From Nostoc sp. PCC 7120 = FACHB-418 (GTDB lineage: Bacteria; Cyanobacteriota; Cyanobacteriia; Cyanobacteriales; Nostocaceae), in NCBI RefSeq assembly GCF_000009705.1, contig NC_003272.1, positions 2,040,001 to 2,072,000 on the forward strand: a stretch of 32,000 nt of DNA, read 5' to 3'. Below are positions 8,401 to 15,997 of the stretch, in pieces (the first letter of the stretch is position 1; each line of letters opens with the position of its first letter). Made by a program: the position numbers and the translations under genes. A model generated the notes under the pieces. It was given only the letters and a program-made list of their open reading frames with translations. It did no database searches and had not been told where the DNA came from.

Positions 8401-9003
8401 TTAAACGGAAAAACGAAATTCACTCAATGTAAATTGACCATCAAATGCACAGAAGGTAACAGAGTGAATGTTCTCAACTGTGACCGATAATAAAGTGTTA
8501 GGAGGTAAGGCCGAGTCTGAGTTGGCAAGATTGGCGCTGGGGAGTATACTTTGGGCTAATAACTGGCGATCGCGATCGTAAGCAGAAAGTACCAGCCTCT
8601 GTGAACTAGTGACACAAGCGCTTACTTGGTTCACAGGACGCAAGAATGTCGCTTCCAAAAATCCACTTTTGGGCGCACCCATCAACACTGTTAAGCCGGA
8701 ATTAGTCGGAAAAGCTGGGTTTGACGGTTGTATGGCTAGTGAATTCTGAAAAATCACTCCCCAACGTTCATACTGATGGTCTACGACTTCAAAGCACTTT
8801 AAGTCCTCTAAGTTCAGACATATACAGGTTTGTGCATCTATCGTACTAACGTCAATTCCTTCTTCCGATTGGCTCCGTTTAACTGAAGCTACAATTTGTT
8901 TCTGCACATCAAATTGATTACGTGCAAATTTAATATCTTCAAATCTTGGTACTTTATCCGTTTGAAGAGTAGCCTGCTTGACCACAACACCCCGCCTTAC
9001 CAT
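8401..9003 (-). CDS. Hypothetical protein, no recognisable domain
   Basis: 200-aa ORF with ordinary composition and a HIP1 site inside (8566-8573). No competing ORF. No motif I can name. Confidence 0.5.
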   Translation of the reverse strand: MVRRGVVVKQATLQTDKVPRFEDIKFARNQFDVQKQIVASVKRSQSEEGIDVSTIDAQTCICLNLEDLKCFEVVDHQYERWGVIFQNSLAIQPSNPAFPTNSGLTVLMGAPKSGFLEATFLRPVNQVSACVTSSQRLVLSAYDRDRQLLAQSILPSANLANSDSALPPNTLLSVTVENIHSVTFCAFDGQFTLSEFRFSV

Positions 9004-9459
9004 TACCTAGAGAATCACAAAACTAATGATAGTTATTTGTTTTATGTGCTAACAAATAAAATATAACTATCGTTTATGAGCGTTGCAGATAGTTTTACAC
9101 ACTCATAATTTATCCGTAAGTTTTCTGTAGACTACCACAAAAAATTGATCCCCAAATATTGCCTAAGTGATCCTCGCTACCAAAAGGAAATTTCAGTAAA
9201 CCTTGCTATCGGGTAATTATAGGCAAAAAATATTTTAGGTGATGAAAAAAAAATTACTGAATCTTTACAAGTAAGCCAGTGATTTTACATCTACTTAATC
9301 TGACGCTGGCTAGAGGTGTCATAATTCTTGGTTCATCGATAATAGCAATTGTAAGAGGCAGAAGGCAGTCCCGATGAAACAGGTTTCACTTTTCCTACAC
9401 CCTTATACCCTCACACCCCTACACCCCTTTCAAGTCAGGAGAGCAGGGAGAGAAAAAAA

Positions 9460-9501
9460 CTAATGACAACTGACCAATAACTAATAACTAATAACTAACA
9501 C
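9460..9501. repeat. STRR-like tandem heptamers (CTAATGA CAACTGA CCAATAA CTAATAA CTAATAA CTAACAC)
   Basis: Six 7-nt units in phase, read directly. The array ends 1 nt before the ATG at 9503. Confidence 0.6.
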
Positions 9502-9502
9502 T

Positions 9503-10402
9503 ATGTTTCAAGCACCAGGATTTGAGCAACGCTCTATAATTACTTCACTGGGTAAGATGGTGTATTACACTGCCACAGGGTCGCTTTGGCAGGATAATGA
9601 GAAGACTAATGACCAAGAAACTTTGGTGTTTCTGCATGGCTTTGGCGGCGGGTCTTCTGCTTATGAGTGGTCGAAAGTATATCCCGCGTTTGCTTCGGGA
9701 TATCGCGTATTAGCGCCAGATTTAATTGGTTGGGGTCAATCGGAACATCCAGAGCGCAATTATCAAATTGAAGATTATTTAACGACTATTCGAGAGTTTT
9801 TTGAGCGGACTTGTACGGGACCAGTGACAGCGATCGCCTCTTCTCTCACCGCAGCATTTACAATTAGAGTAGCGATCGCACATCCAGATTTATTTAAGTC
9901 GCTTATTCTTGTCACACCAGCCGGACTGTCGGATTTTGGCGAAAACTATTCTCGCAGTATTTTTGCTCAAATCGTCAGTATTCCTCTTCTGGATCGCGTA
10001 CTATACAGCACTGGAGTTGCTAGTAGTGCAGGTATTCGTAGTTTCTTAGAACAACGGCAATTCGCCCAAGCTAACCGAGTATATGACGAAATTGTCGAAG
10101 CTTATTTACAATCAGCCCAACAGACCAACGCTGAGTATGCAGCATTATCATTTGTTCGGGGTGACTTATGCTTCGATTTATCCCTGTACATTCAACAGTT
10201 AAACATCCCCACAGCAATTATTTGGGGGCAAAAGTCTCAGTTCACTGGGCCAGAAATTGGCCGACGTTTGGCCGAACAAAACCCCCAAGCAATCAGAGTG
10301 TTTCAACAATTAGAAAATGTAGGATTAACTCCACAGCTGGAACTACCAGCCGTGACAATTGGACTCATTGAGAAATTCCTGCCTTTACTTAATAGCCATT
10401 AA
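9503..10402 (+). CDS. Alpha/beta-hydrolase-fold protein, possibly non-catalytic
   Basis: 299 aa. Present: LVFLHGFGGGSSAYEW (HG oxyanion region), PDLIGWGQSE, a nucleophile-elbow position reading ASSLT, IIWGQKSQF and ENVGLTPQLELP. Confidence 0.85.
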   Translation: MFQAPGFEQRSIITSLGKMVYYTATGSLWQDNEKTNDQETLVFLHGFGGGSSAYEWSKVYPAFASGYRVLAPDLIGWGQSEHPERNYQIEDYLTTIREFFERTCTGPVTAIASSLTAAFTIRVAIAHPDLFKSLILVTPAGLSDFGENYSRSIFAQIVSIPLLDRVLYSTGVASSAGIRSFLEQRQFAQANRVYDEIVEAYLQSAQQTNAEYAALSFVRGDLCFDLSLYIQQLNIPTAIIWGQKSQFTGPEIGRRLAEQNPQAIRVFQQLENVGLTPQLELPAVTIGLIEKFLPLLNSH

Positions 10403-10667
10403 TGGCTACCCATCTGCCTCTGCCTCTTCTGCGCTCACAGGTGTAGGTTTTTAATGAGTGACGACTCTCGCAACAACGAAAGAATAGTAGTTTCATCAAC
10501 CTCTAAACCTTTATATCTCCATACCCCTACACCCTAAACCCATATTTTGAGGGTATAGCGTAAGAACCCTACACCCGTCAGCCTCTTCTCCCCCCATTGA
10601 CATTTTTGAAATATTCTGAAAGATAGAGGCTGATTACCTCCGGGTATATCTTTTTTCGGTAAATTTT

Positions 10668-10696
10668 TTCAAAAAAACTGTGTTGCCTGTTACAAT
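10668..10696 (+). promoter_or_regulatory. Candidate sigma70-type promoter with an extended -10
   Basis: TTCAAA (10668-10673), a 17-bp spacer, then TGtTACAAT (TG 10688-10689, TACAAT 10691-10696). Confidence 0.35.
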
Positions 10697-10702
10697 ATTG
10701 TT

Positions 10703-10814
10703 AAGAAAAGTTGCCCGTTGCATTTTGGGAATACGCAGCCGGGTTTTAACTCTATATGAGAAGACAACGCTAAAAGAATCAACTAGACCAGCTGTGGGAA
10801 GCTGGTCTTTTTTT
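10703..10814 (+). ncRNA. Candidate small RNA of about 110 nt, defined only by a promoter-like site and an intrinsic terminator. Identity unknown.
   Basis: The predicted TSS lies about 7 nt after TACAAT. The transcript would end at the terminator at 10785-10814. No + strand ORF lies downstream, since the next gene is on the minus strand. The only ORF here (10634..10822, minus) is low-complexity and runs antisense through the terminator. Confidence 0.3.
10785..10814 (+). terminator. Rho-independent terminator
   Basis: Perfect 8-bp stem AGACCAGC (10785-10792) / GCTGGTCT (10801-10808), loop TGTGGGAA, then TTTTTT (10809-10814). The T-run is present only for the + strand reading. Confidence 0.7.
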
Positions 10815-11067
10815 CCGTACATACACGTTTGACCAATAGTCGTTTTACGTGGTGTCTCTGAAAAATTAAATCACCAAACCCTAACAATTATACAGGAAAT
10901 TTCCAGTAATTTCCACATATTTTCTAATTTTATTCATTTGAATAGACTATGGTTTGTCAAATCTAGTATCTTTTTATTCTGTGGTAAAACACTAAAAAAA
11001 GCTCGACCCACAAGAGGATAGAGTTTTTCTCGACTGCCTACAAGGAAGGTGTTAAACCAGAAGTAAA

Positions 11068-11095
11068 ACAACTGACAACTGGCAACTGACACACA
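11068..11095. repeat. STRR-like tandem heptamers (ACAACTG ACAACTG GCAACTG + a degenerate unit)
   Basis: Read directly. It lies just 3' of the stop (11113) of the 904-aa minus-strand gene. Confidence 0.5.
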
Positions 11096-11112
11096 GCACA
11101 ATAAACTCAATA

Positions 11113-13827
11113 TCAAAATCGAAAGCCTCCTTCAAAACGAGCCTCAAATATGTCTCCACTCATGCCAATTCGAGACTCCCAAAAGTTATTACTACCAGGA
11201 GTATTATGCTGAATGAGCAAGCCATAAGAGAAATTAGAAACTCGATTTCTGGTGCCTTTGTCAATATTTCGGAAATTTTGTAAATAAGCACCAACAGACC
11301 AATGAGGATTTATTCTTTTTAGACCATCAAATGTATAGAAAACTTCATCTCTGATTTCTACAGAAGTATTAAACTCTAAACCTGTATTTAAACCCCATTT
11401 TCCCTGAATAAATCCTAATGGTGTGAGACTAGATTGATTATCTACAAGTAGAAAGGCTGTAGATAGAGAATAGTTTAAGTTTCTATTTTGGTGAGAGAAA
11501 AAGTAGCTTAAATTTAGGTAATTCGGATTCTGAGAATTGGCTGCACTGTTCCAAGAAAATTGCAAAGATGGAATGTGGTTAGTAATACTTCGGGTTTTTC
11601 CATCTGCATCAAATTCTATATGAGTGTTGATAAAATTCAACACTCCATTAGTGTAAATACCTAACATGGCTTCTTGAGAACCAAAATTATTTGCGATATT
11701 AAATGCACTATCTGGCTGTAAATTAAACCAGATTCCAGAACTAAGACTGTAATTCCATTTCCCAGAAGAACCAGCCCATAAAGCTTCTATCGCGGGTAAA
11801 GATAAATATCCCCCAAAAGTCTGTAAATGATTCTTAATTTGACCATCTTGGCTTAATTCAATGCGGTCAAAAGCAATATCAAATGCACGAATATCGATAG
11901 GAACAGATGTTATGTTAGCTGAGTTCCAATCTTGAACATACTCCTGACCGTCAGGAGCAGTTAAAGTAACTCGCGTAGCCAAGGAGCGGTTTGGTGTCTG
12001 TTGTGAAGAAAAAGGTACATTAACGGATGTTAAACGACCAAAACTATTATTAGAAACTTCTGCTTTAGAGATAAAAGTTTTACCCTCATTCCAAGTACGC
12101 TTTCCATCAATTAATTGAACTGCTCGCTGATGATTACCAGTCCGAATTTGCCATAAACTCGAACTATTAGGTGTGATAGTGCTAGGAAAAGTCAGTTTTC
12201 CAGAAACTTGCTCTAAACCACTAGTACGGTTACTTAAAAATAAGCTTCTATTCAGTACTTGGTTAATTTTTCTTCTTTGTCCTGGGGTGGATTTTGAGTC
12301 TAAATTTGCAAAACCCTCTTGCCTAGATAATCTCTCGCGGGCTTCTTGTAAACTTGCATTTAGATGGGGAAAATTAATCCAGTTAAAAACACCACCGATT
12401 AACATTCCTAATGTAGAGTTAGCTGTTTGCAATTCGTCTATTTTGGTTTCCGAGAATGATAAAGATAAGGAAAATCCAGGATTGCTAGAAATATTAGTAT
12501 AGGTCGCTTTAGGCTCTAAAGAGTCATATTCTAATAGTGTACGACTATGAGGACGGCTAAAATAAAATCTGTGCCAGTCATGTTTATTAATTGTATTCCT
12601 GATTCCTAAATTACTGCGTCTTTCGCCTAGAGAAACCCAATATAAAGAATTTAAGTAATATAAATTTTGTTGATTTTCGCTGATTGATCTATTGAGTAAA
12701 ATATTGAATAAATCAAAGTTACCGAATTGCTCTCTGTTACCAACTTTAATCCCTGGATTAGATGTAATTACAGGAATAAATCTAGTTCTTTGCCTAGTTA
12801 AAGGATTTCCCCAAACAAAGCCTGCTTTTTTCAAAGTGTCTTCAGGAATTACGGTTCCGCGAGTCAAACCTACTTCTCCTAATAATGGCTGTAAATCACT
12901 TGTGGGAAAATTTTGTAATATTAGAGGATCTTTTTCCGTCGTCAGTGATGAAATATTAGGAACAATAGAAGTTATAGAATTATCTGCACTACTTCTATTA
13001 ATATTAATAGGAGCAGCAGTAACGCCTACAGGATTATTAACTTCCGCCGCTACTGATTCGACAGCGAATTGGTTAATCCCAATTTCGTCTATGAGTTCTT
13101 GAACACCTTGGGGAAGTGAAAAAACTGCCTGCATACCCCAAAGTCTCTGAGTTAATCTAATGGTTTGTCTAGTAACACTATCGGTTGATTCTCCTTGATA
13201 TACGATTCCACTTTGCCAACCTTTAGTTTCTACAACGACCCGATTACCTGGTAATATCCAATAAAGTTGATCTTTTTTGGGAAACTCGGCAAAGGTGAAT
13301 CTGTTAATTACAGGTTCTTCCGAAGAAAACTTAGTTGATAAATCAATATATCTCGTATCTTTTAGAGGATTAAAAGTCGAGGAATAAAAACTAAAATTAT
13401 CTCTGGGATCAATTATCCAAGGGTATTTAGTTGCGCTATTACTAAGGGCATTTAATATAAATAATTCTAAATCTTTTTTTGATATAGCTGGAGTGATATT
13501 TTGCTGAATAGAGGTGTCATCTTGCTCAGAGTTAGTATCTGGTGTTTGGAGTGGATTAATTGGAGTGGGAACATTTATTTCATTGGGATTAGGAAAAACT
13601 TTTGCTGGCTCATTCGCTAGGGTTGGTGTATAATTTTTATTTCTCCAACGCAAATAATCAACAGATATTACTTCTGATTGTTCCTCATAATTATTATTAT
13701 GTTCGATTAAATCGATATTTTTTTGAGTTTTAGCATTTACTCTGCTTACCAATAAATAATTTATCAATAAAGATGTGAGTATTACTAAATTAATGGGTAT
13801 TTTCCCAGAAATAAATATGATATCCAC
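11113..13827 (-). CDS. Large secreted protein, a putative outer-membrane beta-barrel. Function unknown.
   Basis: 904-aa uninterrupted ORF. N-terminal signal-like segment (KIPINLVILTSLLINYLLVSRVNA/K). The C-terminal ~300 aa are rich in alternating aromatic/polar beta-strand patterns. The protein ends ...FEARFEGGFRF, and a terminal Phe is typical of the OMP beta-signal. It is Asn/Ser rich. GC is about 23-33% in the sampled 60-nt lines. Confidence 0.65.
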   Translation of the reverse strand: MDIIFISGKIPINLVILTSLLINYLLVSRVNAKTQKNIDLIEHNNNYEEQSEVISVDYLRWRNKNYTPTLANEPAKVFPNPNEINVPTPINPLQTPDTNSEQDDTSIQQNITPAISKKDLELFILNALSNSATKYPWIIDPRDNFSFYSSTFNPLKDTRYIDLSTKFSSEEPVINRFTFAEFPKKDQLYWILPGNRVVVETKGWQSGIVYQGESTDSVTRQTIRLTQRLWGMQAVFSLPQGVQELIDEIGINQFAVESVAAEVNNPVGVTAAPININRSSADNSITSIVPNISSLTTEKDPLILQNFPTSDLQPLLGEVGLTRGTVIPEDTLKKAGFVWGNPLTRQRTRFIPVITSNPGIKVGNREQFGNFDLFNILLNRSISENQQNLYYLNSLYWVSLGERRSNLGIRNTINKHDWHRFYFSRPHSRTLLEYDSLEPKATYTNISSNPGFSLSLSFSETKIDELQTANSTLGMLIGGVFNWINFPHLNASLQEARERLSRQEGFANLDSKSTPGQRRKINQVLNRSLFLSNRTSGLEQVSGKLTFPSTITPNSSSLWQIRTGNHQRAVQLIDGKRTWNEGKTFISKAEVSNNSFGRLTSVNVPFSSQQTPNRSLATRVTLTAPDGQEYVQDWNSANITSVPIDIRAFDIAFDRIELSQDGQIKNHLQTFGGYLSLPAIEALWAGSSGKWNYSLSSGIWFNLQPDSAFNIANNFGSQEAMLGIYTNGVLNFINTHIEFDADGKTRSITNHIPSLQFSWNSAANSQNPNYLNLSYFFSHQNRNLNYSLSTAFLLVDNQSSLTPLGFIQGKWGLNTGLEFNTSVEIRDEVFYTFDGLKRINPHWSVGAYLQNFRNIDKGTRNRVSNFSYGLLIQHNTPGSNNFWESRIGMSGDIFEARFEGGFRF

Positions 13828-13963
13828 CTATTTAACATACTCTATTTCAATAATTACTTTTGACGTAATTGTGAATATGTTTATAGGAAATTTCAATAGA
13901 TAAAACTGAAATGTATTTTTAACTATTCTGAAGTTGTGAAATGTATTAAAAAACAAAGTATCT

Positions 13964-13988
13964 GTAGGGTGGACATTGCCCACTCTAC
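13964..13988. repeat. Palindromic repeat unit GTAGGGTGGACATTGCCCACTCTAC. It could serve as a minus-strand hairpin after the MFS gene.
   Basis: Imperfect 12-bp stem read directly. A related copy (GGTGGGCATTGTCCATCCTAG) lies at 20244-20266 in the opposite orientation. Confidence 0.5.
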
Positions 13989-14032
13989 TCATATTCCAGA
14001 AATCAAATATTAGTTTGTGGGTTTTTAAAAAA

Positions 14033-15277
14033 TTAATAAGGCAATATACGAAATCTTCTGCTTAAAAGAATACAGACACTTACTAATACAAAAGCAAATT
14101 CAGCTAATAAAAAAGCACCTATAGATGTGTTTCCTAATTCTTTGATGAGCAGCGTAACTATGGCTGTACCGCCGGCACTACCACCAAAATATAGTCCTGT
14201 ACCTAAACCTGCACGACTGGGGTGAACCTTACTTAACACTAAGGGAATCATGCTGATAAACACTAAACTGAAGCTAATACCAAATGCCAGGATGAAAGCG
14301 ATCGCCAGTTTATCGCTGTCATTTAACAAGGCTAGCCCCATTAAGGCCGTCATTGCACCCAAACCCAGTAGCATAGATTTATTTGCACCTAGTTGTGCTG
14401 TCCAATCGCCCAAAGGAACAGAGACGATCGCCGAGACTAACAACATGGCAGAAGCAATAAATTCTACTGTCAGGTTGGGTAGTTGTATTTGTAATACTTG
14501 GGGAAATATTGATAAAAGTAGGTTAAGTTCAATTCCTGTCCCTAAGCCAATGATGAAAATCAGGATAAACATCTGCACAGGAGTCTTAACCGTTGGTTCT
14601 GAGTTGAGGCTAGAGATGTGCAACGAATGTTTAGGCGTGAATAATTGCATAATATATGCTGCCAAAATTAAAGCGATCGCTCCCACAAGAAAGGTGATAG
14701 ATGCACCCATATTGTCGAGGCAAATATTTAACACGGGATTGATAGCGCCTATCAGTCCTAAGACGAACACCAACACTGCATTCGCTTGGGGTAACTCGCT
14801 TTTAGGGGCAAATTGCGTTAAAAGTGCGATCGCCGGGGCGCGGAAAATAATTATGGCGATGACCCAAACAGTCATCAACACCGGCACAACCCAACGTATA
14901 CCTATGGGTAAATTCTGTTGAACTAACAGTGATACAGCTACAAAAATGACACCAGCTAGGACTACCCCTAGACTAATCATAGGTAAGCGACTACCCAAAC
15001 GCTGCTGAATGCGATCGGACAACCCACCAATCATCGGTTCAATCACAGCTATTAGTAACCCTTGCCATATCCCCAACCAGCCAACCAGTCCGACAAATTC
15101 CAATTCCTCTAAAATCCTCGGTTGATAAAACTTGTAAGCCATCCAACTGAAGATGATGGCAGCTAATAAAGCGGCTAATCCCCAAACTTGTCGCCATAAA
15201 ATTTCGGGGCGGGTATTGACAGAGTTAACCATGATTTTGCCGAAATTTTCTAGATTGGTTGTGGAATTGTATGACAA
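14033..15277 (-). CDS. MFS transporter
   Basis: 414 aa with about 12 hydrophobic helices and the MFS loop motif GGLSDRIQQRLGSR between TM2 and TM3. Three HIP1 sites lie inside. Confidence 0.85.
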   Translation of the reverse strand: MSYNSTTNLENFGKIMVNSVNTRPEILWRQVWGLAALLAAIIFSWMAYKFYQPRILEELEFVGLVGWLGIWQGLLIAVIEPMIGGLSDRIQQRLGSRLPMISLGVVLAGVIFVAVSLLVQQNLPIGIRWVVPVLMTVWVIAIIIFRAPAIALLTQFAPKSELPQANAVLVFVLGLIGAINPVLNICLDNMGASITFLVGAIALILAAYIMQLFTPKHSLHISSLNSEPTVKTPVQMFILIFIIGLGTGIELNLLLSIFPQVLQIQLPNLTVEFIASAMLLVSAIVSVPLGDWTAQLGANKSMLLGLGAMTALMGLALLNDSDKLAIAFILAFGISFSLVFISMIPLVLSKVHPSRAGLGTGLYFGGSAGGTAIVTLLIKELGNTSIGAFLLAEFAFVLVSVCILLSRRFRILPY

Positions 15278-15997
15278 ATTCCCTAATTAAAATCGCATTC
15301 AAAAATGCAGAATCTTTTGCTATTTGTACAATTGCTCATTAATCCGTATAACATACTAATGCTCAGACTGCTAGTAAGAATGTAGTAAATAATTCTCTTA
15401 ATTACTCATATAATCAATTTGGTTTATCTAATAAATCCCTAATGTGAACTTGACCACTTACAGTAATTTCATTTTTCTGACTAGTGATAAAAAATACCTT
15501 AATTTCGATAATAAACATTGATAAACATAGTATTTACGTAGAATAGGCTGTTTTTATATAGGCATTATTTTCTACACAAGCACCTAAATCGGCTATCTTT
15601 TTTAAGATATATCTGTATGAAAAATGACTGACAATGCCGTTGCAAATACTCTTAATAATAGTATTAAAAATTCAATTACACTTTTATATCTAAGGTTTTC
15701 CTGTCCCAGTATTTCCATATATGCTTAAGTGCTAATATATAGATATATGATTATTGTTGATATATAAGACACTTACAGTTCGGAATAAATTCAGTATTTG
15801 TAGCTTTCCAATATCACAAATAAAATTTTATCAAAGGTAGCCTTGTTAACAGTTAATAGTCCAATTACCCATGACAAAAATTCCTATGCCCTTGTGGGTG
15901 AGGATTTGGAAATTTTGGTATCATAACTGCCAGGAAGGCTTGAGTATCGTCTTACACTTGCGGCAATATCTGACATAACCAATCTCCAAGGTATGAT

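Noticed and set aside
10634-11116. Small minus-strand ORFs 10634..10822 (62 aa) and 10934..11116 (60 aa)
   Set aside because: The first runs antisense through a strong + strand terminator hairpin. The second is built from the heptamer repeat and overlaps the stop region of the 904-aa gene. Neither has a ribosome-binding site or recognisable motif.
11113-13827. Absence of HIP1 in the 904-aa gene as proof of horizontal transfer
   Set aside because: HIP1-free stretches of about 4 kb also cover clearly native-looking genes, such as most of the CheB-CheR kinase. At about 1 site per 1.6 kb, a 4.4-kb gap is only mildly unlikely. I keep it as weak supporting evidence and rely on GC composition instead.
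14250-14921. 223-aa ORF antisense to the MFS transporter. Similar antisense or alternative-frame ORFs: 830..1039, 5755..5994, 5922..6104, 6127..6348, 6719..6937, 10168..10371, 12173..12502, 12692..13102, 16718..18561 set, 19525..19719, 23090..23686 set, 24792..25289 set, 26115..26303, 27605..27793.
   Set aside because: All are nested within longer ORFs that have clear family motifs. Their translations are low-complexity with no recognisable domains, which is typical of shadow ORFs.
15278-15997. Searched for NtcA-type GTA-N8-TAC sites and the heterocyst DIF1 motif TCCGGA in this and other intergenic regions
   Set aside because: I found only partial matches (for example GTA-N8-GAC). The single TCCGGA I saw (about 17062) is inside a CDS. 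Nothing is supportable without a position weight matrix scan.
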